Made by a program: the position numbers and the translations under genes | From: a bacterium | GTDB taxonomy: Bacteria > Electryoneota > JAOADG01 | NCBI GenBank assembly: GCA_963681965.1 | Contig: OY820579.1 | Location: 608,001-672,000, forward strand | Direction of reading: 5' to 3' | Length of the DNA: 64,000 nt | Part shown: positions 19,285 through 29,248 of the stretch, in pieces | Numbering within the stretch: position 1 is the first letter of the stretch | Layout of the letters: each line of letters starts with the position of its first letter | Notes under the pieces: generated by a model | Told to the model about the DNA's origin: nothing | Databases searched by the model: none | The model's input: only the letters and a program-made list of their open reading frames with translations

Positions 19285-21000
19285 GTGAAAAAACTGCTTA
19301 TAACAATCACTATCATCGTCCTCGCGACACTCGCTAGTGCCGCTCCGGACGTGGTCTTTCAGGCGATGACCGACGAATTGCAACGAACGATGGATAGTTT
19401 GTCGCTCGAAGGTATGTCGAAACCCTATTACGCCGCATATCGAGTGATCGATTCCGATAATTACACCATCGAAGGTTGGGATGGTGCACTCACCAAATCC
19501 GATCCCGGCAAGAGCCGATTGATGACAATGGAATTGCGCGTTGGTTCGCCGACCCGCGATAACGGCTGGTTTGTCGGATCCTACAACGATTTGTATGTCT
19601 CGCCACGATCGATGCCAGTCGAGAATGAATATCTCTCGATCCGCCACCAAATCTGGCTGACTACCGACAAGGCATACAAAAACGCCCTGGAAAATCTTGC
19701 TCGCAAGAATTCATATTATCAGTCTCATCCGACTTCCGAGATGCTGCCGGATTTCTCCAGTGCCGATACAACCCATCTATTGCTGGAACCGTTATCGTTA
19801 GCGGCAGATGTCAAAGTAATGGAAGTTACCGTTGCCAAGCTTTGCGAAGCGCTCAAGAAACACTCCACGTTGAACGAATGGAAAGTTTCCTATTCGGCAA
19901 CGACGAGCAATCGCCGCTACTTGAATTCCGAAGGGAGCAAGGCGTTGACCGGTGCACAGACGCAATCGTTGGAGATTTCCGCTTCCGCTCAAGCATCCGA
20001 CGGACAACGCCTGTCTACATTCAAACGCTTTTATGTTCGCGACGACGATAAGCTGCCGACCCGCGAGGAGTTGATTAAACTGGTCGACGCCTTTGCCGCC
20101 GAATTGGAAGCAATGGCTGCCGCGACACCATTGACGGACTATTCCGGTCCGGTGTTATTCTCCGGCGACGCCGCATCGCAATTACTGTCGGAATTGTTTG
20201 TCTACAACCTCTCACCGGTGAATAAAATTCCCGCATTTGACGATCGAGTCGAAAGCTTCTTAACTCAGGGTAAATATGCCGTCCGATTGAATCGACGCGT
20301 ACTTCCCGAATTCATGAGTATCGTCGACGATCCCGGTTTGAAAACTTGGAAGAATCGCCGTTGCCTTGGCTATCGATTGATCGACGACGAAGGGGTAAAA
20401 CCGCAACGTTTGACGTTAGTTGAAAACGGTAAATTGGTCGCACTACCAGCGACTCGTGTGCCATCGAAAAAGATTTCCCGCACCAACGGACACGCGCGGA
20501 TGCTGGCAAATCAGTGGATTATTCCCAGCGTAACGACGGTGGCAGTTCAAGCAAAGAATCCGGTATCGTTCGATGCGTTGATTGGCAAGATCCGCGAAAT
20601 GTGTCGTGAAAGCGGCGTCGAGTATGGACTGCTGATCAAGCAATTGAGTGATTCGCAAGTCGATCAGACCTATTCTTGGAGTGAACCCGGAAACGACGAT
20701 CAACAACAATTGTCGTCGCCAATCATTGCCTACAAAGTCTTCGAGAAAGATGGTAAACTTGAACCGGTGCGTGGTCTGATGTTCGACGAAGTATCGATTC
20801 GCAGCTTACGTGACATCATCGCTGTCGGTAATGACGACGAATTGTACAACATGCAGCAGCCAACCATTTTCGGACCGGGTAACAACGTGGCAATCTCACT
20901 CATTACGCCATCGTTATTAATCGACGAAATGGAACTGAAAGCATCGCAGAAGCAAGAGCCGATGTTCCAGAGTCCACGACCGTTGGTCGAAAATAAGTAA
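19285..21000 (+). CDS. PmbA/TldE-like partner subunit with signal peptide
   Basis: YSGPVLF, IDDEGV and TNGHAR, but no HExxxH. Paralog of the upstream gene. Confidence 0.8.
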   Translation: MKKLLITITIIVLATLASAAPDVVFQAMTDELQRTMDSLSLEGMSKPYYAAYRVIDSDNYTIEGWDGALTKSDPGKSRLMTMELRVGSPTRDNGWFVGSYNDLYVSPRSMPVENEYLSIRHQIWLTTDKAYKNALENLARKNSYYQSHPTSEMLPDFSSADTTHLLLEPLSLAADVKVMEVTVAKLCEALKKHSTLNEWKVSYSATTSNRRYLNSEGSKALTGAQTQSLEISASAQASDGQRLSTFKRFYVRDDDKLPTREELIKLVDAFAAELEAMAAATPLTDYSGPVLFSGDAASQLLSELFVYNLSPVNKIPAFDDRVESFLTQGKYAVRLNRRVLPEFMSIVDDPGLKTWKNRRCLGYRLIDDEGVKPQRLTLVENGKLVALPATRVPSKKISRTNGHARMLANQWIIPSVTTVAVQAKNPVSFDALIGKIREMCRESGVEYGLLIKQLSDSQVDQTYSWSEPGNDDQQQLSSPIIAYKVFEKDGKLEPVRGLMFDEVSIRSLRDIIAVGNDDELYNMQQPTIFGPGNNVAISLITPSLLIDEMELKASQKQEPMFQSPRPLVENK

Positions 21001-21022
21001 ATCGCAATTATTGAATAGAGTT

Positions 21023-21057
21023 CGGGCGCACAAATTCGTTTTGTGCGCCCGTTTTTT
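21023..21057 (+). terminator. Rho-independent terminator
   Basis: CGGGCGCACAAA/TTTGTGCGCCCG followed by T6. Confidence 0.85.
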
Positions 21058-21060
21058 GTA

Positions 21061-21174
21061 TAGTATCTCTTGAAAATAAGTTGTTATCGGTAGTAGGGGC
21101 GGACCCCCGCGTCCGCCCGCAGGTCAGGCGAAGCCTGACACCGAATCACGTCAACTTATTTTCAAAAACCAATA
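21061..21174 (+). repeat. MITE-like repeat copy 3
   Basis: Same terminal repeats and internal REP as copies 1 and 2. Confidence 0.85.
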
Positions 21175-21185
21175 TCAAGATTTTT

Positions 21186-21503
21186 TTACTCGACCACTGT
21201 CACAGTATAGACATATTGCAACGGTACCGATCCGGTATTGCGAACATAGTGCAGTGTGCGAGGTGGTACGTATGCCATCGCTGGTGCGACTAGCGGCAAA
21301 GGATCGCTGCCGGAAATAGCTAGCTCACCCGTTCCGGACAACACAACAAGCTGTTCTTCGTATTTCTCGGTAGAGTGTTCTTCGCCACTGGTGCCGGGTT
21401 GCAACGATACACATCCCGAGTGAAGTTTGAACGCATCGGTTCTCAGTAACAACGGTTCATAATTGGTTGCAGTCGATGGAAGCGGTTTGGTGAATGGGCG
21501 CAT
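21186..21503 (-). CDS. Cupin-domain protein
   Basis: HST..EE.LVVLSGTG and YVPPRTLHYVRNTG. Confidence 0.85.
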   Translation of the reverse strand: MRPFTKPLPSTATNYEPLLLRTDAFKLHSGCVSLQPGTSGEEHSTEKYEEQLVVLSGTGELAISGSDPLPLVAPAMAYVPPRTLHYVRNTGSVPLQYVYTVTVVE

Positions 21504-21565
21504 GAGTTGTTCTCCGGTTATCTGTTCCCTAATATAATTGAATCACTGAACTATCTCGAGACCCA

Positions 21566-22123
21566 ATGTCAGCGAATCGAATTATCCTCACCGAGCAATT
21601 TTCGACCCCCCTCGGCACGATGATTGCCGCAGCCGTGGAAGAAGGCGTTTGTCTGTGCGAATTCAGCAACCGGCGAATTCTCGAACGCGAATTCACCACA
21701 CTGGAAAAACTCCTGCGCGCGACTCGTACCGAAGGCAGCCATCGCCATATCGAGCATCTGAAACTGGAGTTGCACGAATATTTCCACCATCAGCGCCAAA
21801 CATTCACAGTACCGCTCGTTACCCCCGGCACTTCATTTCAGCAACAAGTTTGGAAGGAATTGTTGAATATCCCCTACGGCACCACCCGATCCTACAAGCA
21901 GCAGGCAATCGCTCTCGGTAATTTGGCGGCAATCCGCGCAGTTGCACATGCCAACGGCATGAACCGGATTGCGATTCTGATTCCGTGTCATCGAGTAATC
22001 GGCGATGATGGGAGTCTGATTGGTTATGGTGGTGGCATTGAACGGAAGCGGTGGTTGTTGCAGCACGAACAAGCAAAATCCGACGGCAGCAAACAGGAAA
22101 ATCTGTTTGCCGGGTCGGACTAA
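21566..22123 (+). CDS. ogt: Methylated-DNA--protein-cysteine methyltransferase
   Basis: GTSFQQQVW, IPCHRVIG and GYGGG. Confidence 0.93.
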   Translation: MSANRIILTEQFSTPLGTMIAAAVEEGVCLCEFSNRRILEREFTTLEKLLRATRTEGSHRHIEHLKLELHEYFHHQRQTFTVPLVTPGTSFQQQVWKELLNIPYGTTRSYKQQAIALGNLAAIRAVAHANGMNRIAILIPCHRVIGDDGSLIGYGGGIERKRWLLQHEQAKSDGSKQENLFAGSD

Positions 22124-22149
22124 TACCAGTTATTCGTGATAAAAAAAGA

Positions 22150-23250
22150 TTATTTCGGCATCGCGACGAGCGCTTTCGGACCGGAATCGGTGTAGAGTTC
22201 GTAGGTGATGCCCGTTCGCATCCGAATGAGAATTTTATTCGCATCCTGCAAGGAGATTGCCACACCACCTTGCGGCAAGGTGATCACCCGGCTCGGTCCA
22301 CCGGTGACGGCAATCGGAGCATACAAGATCCACGCATCCAATCGTGCAATCTGAATCGATTGATCGCTCGAAGTACCATAAGGGCGTGCCGGCATGATTC
22401 CCCAAACGGCACCAGTGGAATCGACGTCGATTGCTAAATCCCCCGGGTAAGCATTAATTCCGAGCGGCAGCGATAACGGTTGCAGTGTCGCAGGATCCAG
22501 CCGCCAAAGCGATCCCGTTGTCGAGGCGTAATCGCCGGTACAGAGCACATACAGAATGTTATTATAGTACCGGGTGACCTGAGGATTCAGCCCGACTGTC
22601 GTGCGCCGAATCGTATCAGTTAATGCGGAATCGCACATTACCACTTCTCCGGTACCATATTGCGAAGTCGAGATCATGTTGGTAATCGTCACAACCACTC
22701 GACCATTCGGTAACACAGTCACTCCCTGCGGATAATAACCTACCCACAAAGTGCTAATCAGATCCTGCGACTCGTCACTGGCATTGCGCATACTGACGGT
22801 ATTCGCATACAAATTCGAGTAATAGTAATAATTTCCAGTGGGAGTAAATGCAAAATTATAGGGATGGGGATTAGGATTTTCGCCATCACTCAACAAACTA
22901 ACGTCCGAGAAATAAACTGGCGGATTGATTTTAGTACTCTGGATCCGGTAGCGTAAAATTTGCGCTGGATCGGAATGCAATACCCAGAGTTCGTTCGTGT
23001 TGGGTCGCACCAGCATATCGTTCGAGAGATCACCCAAACCTTGGGTTGATTTCTGTAATCGACCCGTTTGGAGATCCGTTACCGAAAGTGTTCGGGCAAA
23101 TTCATTTGCAGCAAAGACCACATCGAGCGAATCGGGCGTGCCTCCCGATGCCGATACCCCGCTACCACCACCGCTAGTGCAACCGGTTAGCAGCGCAACA
23201 ATTGCGAAACTTACAGCAATAACGATTCCATAAATTCGTTTCTTACTCAT
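22150..23250 (-). CDS. Beta-propeller lipoprotein (YncE/BtuG-like)
   Basis: Lipobox LTG-C and repeated VG..P propeller blades; last gene of the riboswitch-led operon. Confidence 0.7.
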   Translation of the reverse strand: MSKKRIYGIVIAVSFAIVALLTGCTSGGGSGVSASGGTPDSLDVVFAANEFARTLSVTDLQTGRLQKSTQGLGDLSNDMLVRPNTNELWVLHSDPAQILRYRIQSTKINPPVYFSDVSLLSDGENPNPHPYNFAFTPTGNYYYYSNLYANTVSMRNASDESQDLISTLWVGYYPQGVTVLPNGRVVVTITNMISTSQYGTGEVVMCDSALTDTIRRTTVGLNPQVTRYYNNILYVLCTGDYASTTGSLWRLDPATLQPLSLPLGINAYPGDLAIDVDSTGAVWGIMPARPYGTSSDQSIQIARLDAWILYAPIAVTGGPSRVITLPQGGVAISLQDANKILIRMRTGITYELYTDSGPKALVAMPK

Positions 23251-25184
23251 CGTAATACCTCTAGTTTTTTACTCCAAGTACATGATAATTCATAATATCT
23301 GCCGGGTAACGGAACACCTTCTAATGCCCAACGTTGCCGGTTAAAGGTGTTACGTACCGAAAATCCGATCTGAAAATTTGTTGCGATCGAAAACCATGAA
23401 GCCGGGAAATCGATACTACTCGATAGATCCAACACCGATTCATCGGGTAAATCGTTCCCCTGAACGGTCAATGGGTCGGTATTCGATTGCAGTAAGTACC
23501 GGCGCGATTGATAGAACCAGCGTGGGGAAACATTTATTCCTAATTGTTTCCAAGTGGTTCGGTATGTGACTTGACTTTGCGCTTGATAAAGCGGAATCAA
23601 GGGCATACGTTTCCCGTAGTTGATGTCTCCATCGGTATCGTTGCGCGAATCAGTCTTCGCGGCGGACAGTTCCAGACTGAAATGATCCGTCGGATTGAGT
23701 TGGGTTTTCACAATTCCGCCAGTGGAAATCGACCGTAATAGATTTCTCGGAACGAATTGTCCCCTAGAGTTTTGACGCCAAACGACGCCATTTTCTGTCT
23801 CCCGACCGTATACCAGCATTGCCACAGAAAACCGCGGATCGGGTTGCCAAGAAACGTTTCCCTGTAACTCACGCGAATTTTCCGGTTTCAGTTCAGGATT
23901 TCCGGCGACAAACACATTCGGAGCTAGAAACATCTCATTGAATGTCGCCCAGCGCAGTGCCGATCCACCGCGAACCGAAACTTGAACCCCTTGATATGGT
24001 GAAAATCCGCTGGAAAGCTCACCGGTTCCGCGGGTAACCGTCACCCTCGACGGTTGCCAACAACCGCAATCCCCTTGGAATCGACCGGCAATCCACGGCA
24101 TAAAACGATTTCTACTAATAGTTTTCGTTGCTGAAACCGTGATCGATCCAGAATTTCGTTGTACAATCCACGCTTGCGATCCCGGCGCTTGGTAATGATC
24201 GGTAAAACGCACCCAATCCAAGCTAAAGCTACTGCGATATCTAATCTGATCGAACCAAAGCCGGTGTTGATAATCGCTGACCAGTGAAGCACCGCGCCAT
24301 TCACTCTGTTCATCCGCAGGAAAAAACGGGGTCGGACCTAGTGGCGAGGGTTGTGAAGCCGGTCGCGTAAAAGTGGTCTTATTGGTTCCTACCATGCCAT
24401 GAATTTTTACCGGTCCATGATAGCTCAAGGCAAGATTGATTCCGGTTTTTGTCTCTTCGGTGAGCGTTTCTACTGCTCGCCAAACCAAACCGGGAAGATC
24501 ATTTCGGTGATTTCGGTATTGCAGCGACAGCACGACGGGATTTTTTCGCGCAATCGGAAGTTGCGAGCAGAAATAAAGATTCGTGGTCTCGCTTCCGACA
24601 AACCGATCGCGGTGGAATTCATTATATGCTGGAAACGATCCACGTTCGTGTTTGTTGTGAGCGATACTCACTCCGATCGGATACCGTTCGCCACCCGAAA
24701 TCGCAAATTCCTCGGATTGCTCGCGCTCGGATGATAACCCAACATTTGCCTTCCATCCTGCCCATTTCGACGGTGAAAGAAGCGAAACATCGATAATTCC
24801 CCCCTGCGCTCCCGATACCGAACCGGCATCGACCTGAATCCGCTCGGTCGGCCAATGCGGAAGTTCAGTTAGATCGGCAAGTCCGGTGCGGGGATCGTTC
24901 CACACGACACCATCGACTTTCACAATCGTTCCGCCGGGAGGAGCACCCAGAATCCCGACACGAACGGGCGCATTCGTTCCAGAAGACCGAATTGTTAAGC
25001 CGGGTAATTCCCAATCCTGTCGGGTAGATCGCAAAGAATCGAGTTTGAGCGGTTGTGGTGAATCGGCAGTAACCTCGATCGGAGGAAGCGCTTTACTACG
25101 AATCGAATCTTGCGCATACGATCCGGTGATACTGAACAGGAGAGTGGCTATGACAAGGAGACGGTTACACACCCTGACACTCAC
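23247..25184 (-). CDS. TonB-dependent receptor (BtuB-like); start probably GTG 25184
   Basis: Signal peptide, IEVTA TonB-box-like segment, plug (VKVDGV..NDPRTGLADL), GNPELKPE and C-terminal PGRYY. Confidence 0.78.
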   Translation of the reverse strand: MSVRVCNRLLVIATLLFSITGSYAQDSIRSKALPPIEVTADSPQPLKLDSLRSTRQDWELPGLTIRSSGTNAPVRVGILGAPPGGTIVKVDGVVWNDPRTGLADLTELPHWPTERIQVDAGSVSGAQGGIIDVSLLSPSKWAGWKANVGLSSEREQSEEFAISGGERYPIGVSIAHNKHERGSFPAYNEFHRDRFVGSETTNLYFCSQLPIARKNPVVLSLQYRNHRNDLPGLVWRAVETLTEETKTGINLALSYHGPVKIHGMVGTNKTTFTRPASQPSPLGPTPFFPADEQSEWRGASLVSDYQHRLWFDQIRYRSSFSLDWVRFTDHYQAPGSQAWIVQRNSGSITVSATKTISRNRFMPWIAGRFQGDCGCWQPSRVTVTRGTGELSSGFSPYQGVQVSVRGGSALRWATFNEMFLAPNVFVAGNPELKPENSRELQGNVSWQPDPRFSVAMLVYGRETENGVVWRQNSRGQFVPRNLLRSISTGGIVKTQLNPTDHFSLELSAAKTDSRNDTDGDINYGKRMPLIPLYQAQSQVTYRTTWKQLGINVSPRWFYQSRRYLLQSNTDPLTVQGNDLPDESVLDLSSSIDFPASWFSIATNFQIGFSVRNTFNRQRWALEGVPLPGRYYELSCTWSKKLEVLR

Positions 25185-27193
25185 TAATCCCAAATATTCC
25201 AATTGACGCCCCAGACCTCTTCGCGATGCATCGCCGGATAACCGGGCATCGCTTCGTATGGCGACTGGAAGAAGTTCGATACGCCCCAATTGATGCGCAT
25301 CGAGTAAATTTTGAGCGAAACGAGGAAATCTACCGGTGTGACGGCGGATTTCGTCATCTTTCCACTCGTAGTAATAAATTCGCGCGCACCGATATGCCGG
25401 ATTCGACAGATGCCTTGCCACCAAAACGTATTCTGCTTCCAGTGCCCACTTGCACCGAGATCGAGTTGTCCCCACATAGCCGGAACGAAGTAAACCGTTC
25501 GTTCACTTTGCTGTGAGGTAATTACAAGATTGGCAATCCCCCAACCAAACGGTCGTGAGCGAAGTGTGGCACCATACATATGGTAGGTAAGCGATTTACC
25601 ATTCTCCGGTACAATTTTGTAACCGGTCGTATCGAGATCGAGACGATGTATGATCGGATTGGCGTCGTGAACCGTGGTCTCATATAGCGCTAGATCCGCC
25701 ACTCCGGCAAAACTCTTTTGCCATTGTGCACCAAATCGCCACTGCTGAACCGGTTGTAACGATTTATTACCCACGAACGGATACGGATCCTCGGATATAT
25801 ATACCAGTGGGTCGTACGACCATTCGAGTTTCGTGTCGGGAAGATTAGCAGTGCGTTCGAGTAATGTCGGCAATCGCACGGTACGCGCTGTCCACGCCGT
25901 CAGCGACTGCAGCGTATCCATCCGGTACTTCAGCGAAGCCAATCCCTGTGGTTGCACGGAGAAACCCCGCGCAGCGAGTGCGCTGATTTGCAATGTATTT
26001 TGAACGCGGGTACCAGCCCGATGCTCGACACCAGCTTCGCCGAGCGGTTGAGTGATGTGTCCGGCATGAGCAACCAATGCTCGTAATTCTTCGATCCGAG
26101 CAAATGCCGATGCGATTCCGGCACCGGTTTTGTAACTGAGTTTTCCGATCGTACCCAAGCGACGACCATCATCCATATAAACCGGATTGATTCGCGATTG
26201 TGCCGAAGTCCAGTATCCTTGTATACGCCAATCGAGTAGCCGTCCATGAACCGGTTGATCGATACGAACAATCGTTCCCAATGAATCGCGAATGGTATCC
26301 GGTAATGCCGGTCGTCCCTTCGAAATAATCGCATCGAGATCGTACCGATTCTGGGTTCGATAAAACGATGAATGCGCGATTCCGGTACTGTCGATATATT
26401 GCCGTGCCGAAACCACAACCGCTGGTTTTCCGAGTGGTTCGTGGCGATAGTTCAGGAAGTACGACTTTGTCGACAAACCGGTCCCGAGATAACGACCACT
26501 GGCTTGATTGACCGAAACACCTACTCCCCAAACATCGACGATATTAATCGGATTGTAGAATCGCCAATCGACATTCCCGAGTGAATAAAAGCCGTCGCGA
26601 TAATCGAGAATCATCAACGGGTGACGCGGTCGCGCGACCAGCGGTTCAACCGTAATTTTATTGCCACCCACTGCAAACGGACCGCCCGACATCCGCACAA
26701 TTCCGCGTGTCGATATTAACTCGGGTGGTGTCCAACCGCGGATCGGATCGGCATTATCGCGACCGAAGATTTCGATGTGTTGATCCACTGGATCGCTTGG
26801 TGTCATTGGAAATGTGGGTTGATTGAAGAAACCAAAATTAAGTGGATAAATCCCGGGAAGTTGTCGCCACAAATCGCCATTGGATCGTTCATCGCTGGTC
26901 TGGTATTGTTCGAGGGTAACGATTGGATCGATTCGGGTGGAGTCGTGCAAAACATATTCGAACGATTTGGGAATGATGTTCGATGAATCGATCGGAATGA
27001 GCGAAGAATTCTTGCGGGTTTTCACTTTGGGTTGCGTGCTGATGGGTCGTGGTTTGGCGAGTGAGTCCAGTTGGAATACGCGACCAGTATCGGCTCGACT
27101 ACCGGCTTTCGAAAATTCTGCGGCGATGACCGACGGCACCAGCATAGCTAGCGCAAACAATAGAATTACATATTTCCACAACAGTCGGTTCAT
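25184..27193 (-). CDS. Outer-membrane beta-barrel protein, divergent TonB-receptor/porin-like
   Basis: Signal peptide from ATG 27193, DLWRQLPG plug-like segment, GNKSLQP and C-terminal WGVNWNIWD. Confidence 0.6.
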   Translation of the reverse strand: MNRLLWKYVILLFALAMLVPSVIAAEFSKAGSRADTGRVFQLDSLAKPRPISTQPKVKTRKNSSLIPIDSSNIIPKSFEYVLHDSTRIDPIVTLEQYQTSDERSNGDLWRQLPGIYPLNFGFFNQPTFPMTPSDPVDQHIEIFGRDNADPIRGWTPPELISTRGIVRMSGGPFAVGGNKITVEPLVARPRHPLMILDYRDGFYSLGNVDWRFYNPINIVDVWGVGVSVNQASGRYLGTGLSTKSYFLNYRHEPLGKPAVVVSARQYIDSTGIAHSSFYRTQNRYDLDAIISKGRPALPDTIRDSLGTIVRIDQPVHGRLLDWRIQGYWTSAQSRINPVYMDDGRRLGTIGKLSYKTGAGIASAFARIEELRALVAHAGHITQPLGEAGVEHRAGTRVQNTLQISALAARGFSVQPQGLASLKYRMDTLQSLTAWTARTVRLPTLLERTANLPDTKLEWSYDPLVYISEDPYPFVGNKSLQPVQQWRFGAQWQKSFAGVADLALYETTVHDANPIIHRLDLDTTGYKIVPENGKSLTYHMYGATLRSRPFGWGIANLVITSQQSERTVYFVPAMWGQLDLGASGHWKQNTFWWQGICRIRHIGAREFITTSGKMTKSAVTPVDFLVSLKIYSMRINWGVSNFFQSPYEAMPGYPAMHREEVWGVNWNIWD

Positions 27194-27783
27194 GCACCCC
27201 TCCGGAAAATCGATCCGGCAAGTATCATTTTCAGTCGGTTCCTCATGGGAACAAATGCCACTGCAAACAATATCGTGTCGACAACACCCTTGGTCAAAGC
27301 GAAGGGGAGACCTGCGATGAGCACCGTCGCCATCGACACCCCTTCCATCCCGGCGAGTAGTGGGAACGACGCCGTTGTCCACAAGTCAAACCACAACGAG
27401 GCGAGCAATCCAAACAGCCCCCATCCGACACGGGTATAAATCCGATTCGACGTCATAATGGGAGCGATCAGTCCAGACATCCAGCCGATGGACGCCATAC
27501 TGAACGCTTGCGCTAATAGCAGGATAAAACCGGGGGGTCCCCAAGGATTGAATAACGAATAGAGTGTTTCGCCGATTAAACCAACGGCAAAGCCGGAACG
27601 CGCGCCTAACGTAGCGCCAGCCAGAGCGATCGTTAGTGTAACACCTTCGACGTTGGGAATAAGAGCAAGCAGATATCCGACTGCAACAACTGCAGCCGAC
27701 CAAACGCCCACCCGGACGGCGGATAATAACGCCGGGGAGACTCCCTGCTGGCGTGGTTCATCGGAACTTGAGGGGTGCGACAC
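27190..27783 (-). CDS. ECF-type S component (CbrT-like cobalamin transporter)
   Basis: About 6 TM segments and an IPNVE motif; directly downstream of a cobalamin riboswitch. Confidence 0.72.
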   Translation of the reverse strand: MSHPSSSDEPRQQGVSPALLSAVRVGVWSAAVVAVGYLLALIPNVEGVTLTIALAGATLGARSGFAVGLIGETLYSLFNPWGPPGFILLLAQAFSMASIGWMSGLIAPIMTSNRIYTRVGWGLFGLLASLWFDLWTTASFPLLAGMEGVSMATVLIAGLPFALTKGVVDTILFAVAFVPMRNRLKMILAGSIFRRGA

Positions 27784-27814
27784 GAACTCCTCCCCACGGA
27801 GGTTACGGTCAGTC

Positions 27815-27960
27815 GATGGTGCAGGTCATCTGGCTCTCCGGCTCGGTTCAAAACTCGTCTCGAATTCTGAATACGAATCGGTACACAGTTGCGGGGCAGC
27901 GGTGGCTAAGGATTTACCACACTTCCCCTGCTTGCATCCGGCAATAACCATTACCGAACG
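27815..27960 (-). ncRNA. Cobalamin riboswitch
   Basis: The minus strand reads AGGGGAAGTGTGGT...CTGCCCCGCAACTGT...GAGCCAGATGACCTGC (B12 box). Confidence 0.88.
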
Positions 27961-28057
27961 CCCACCGTCCCGGCAGCGCTCGTATCGAGCGCTTACCAGG
28001 CATGAATGTCAATACAGAATCATCGATCCTGCTGGTTCAGAACAAAAAGTACGGGTA

Positions 28058-28426
28058 CTACTTTTCGGTACGCTGATACGTCGATTTTTCCTTGACGCGC
28101 GTCGCTTTACCGGTCAGGCTGCGCAGATAGTACAGCTTGGCACGTCGAACACTACCGCGCTTAATCACTTCCAGCTTGGCAATGGTCGGGCAGTGCAACG
28201 GGAGAATACGCTCGACACCGACGCCGTTCGAAAGTTTGCGAATCGTAAACGTTTCGGACAAGCCGCCGCCATGACGACCGATGATCGTTCCCTGAAATAC
28301 TTGCAAACGTTCTTTGTCGCCTTCGATAACACGCAAGTGCACGGCAACCGTATCGCCAATACCAAAATCCGGAATTGCTTCCGCAGGCTTCAACTGGCTC
28401 GCTGTGACAAAATAACGGAAATCCAT
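28058..28426 (-). CDS. rplS: 50S ribosomal protein L19
   Basis: [17 protein letters not shown] and [10 protein letters not shown]. Confidence 0.98.
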   Translation of the reverse strand: MDFRYFVTASQLKPAEAIPDFGIGDTVAVHLRVIEGDKERLQVFQGTIIGRHGGGLSETFTIRKLSNGVGVERILPLHCPTIAKLEVIKRGSVRRAKLYYLRSLTGKATRVKEKSTYQRTEK

Positions 28427-28483
28427 TTTTCTATTCCTTTTCGATACTTACTGTCACCGGTTCATTCCACCAATGACAAAAAA

Positions 28484-29182
28484 CTATTTCAATAAATCCG
28501 GTCGGCGTTGCTTTGTTCGTTCAATCCGTCGCTGCTGTCGCCACTCTTCGATCTTCAGATGATGACCACTTGCCAGTACTTCCGGCGGGGTACGCCCTTC
28601 CCATTCCCAGGGGCGGGTATACCATTCGCAATCGAGCAACGGCGCATCGTAGAAGCTATCCACTTCCGCCGATTCAAAATCATTCAACACACCCGGTAAC
28701 AATCGCACCACGGCATCGACAATCGTTAACGACGGCAGTTCGCCGCCGGTCAAAACATAGTCGCCGATACTCAATTCGCAATCGACCCGAGTCTCGCGAA
28801 ACCGTTCGTCCACCCCTTTATAGCGTCCGCATACCAAAATGAGATTGGTGCGTTTAGCCAACGCTTTGGCGGTTTCCTGCACAAACGGCTGACCATCCGG
28901 TGTCGGAAAAATCACAAAGGGACTATTCCCCTCTTTCAGTGTCCGGGCACGTAAATCATCGACTGCGCGGCACAATGGCTCGGGTTTCAGCACCATTCCG
29001 GCACCGCCGCCGAACGCTTCGTCGTCGACTTGCAGATGTTTGCCTTCCGCCCAGTCGCGAAGAAAATGCACGCGATACTCTACCGCTCCACATTTCCGCG
29101 CCCGCTCCAGCATGCTCGATGAAAGCACTGCCGAAACCGCGTCGGGAAACAGTGTCAGGATGTCGATAATCACGATCGGCAA
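28484..29182 (-). CDS. trmD: tRNA (guanine37-N1)-methyltransferase
   Basis: FGGGAGMVLKPEP, CGRYKGVDER and SIGDYVLTGGE. Confidence 0.97.
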   Translation of the reverse strand: MPIVIIDILTLFPDAVSAVLSSSMLERARKCGAVEYRVHFLRDWAEGKHLQVDDEAFGGGAGMVLKPEPLCRAVDDLRARTLKEGNSPFVIFPTPDGQPFVQETAKALAKRTNLILVCGRYKGVDERFRETRVDCELSIGDYVLTGGELPSLTIVDAVVRLLPGVLNDFESAEVDSFYDAPLLDCEWYTRPWEWEGRTPPEVLASGHHLKIEEWRQQRRIERTKQRRPDLLK

Positions 29183-29248
29183 TCGACTTCAGTGTGATGG
29201 CTGCGAGGATTTTCGATGTTAATCACATTCATCCCCAATTACCGTCAA

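Noticed and set aside
12368-21174. Repeats as a CRISPR array
   Set aside because: The copies are kilobases apart and in mixed orientation, with no spacers or cas genes.
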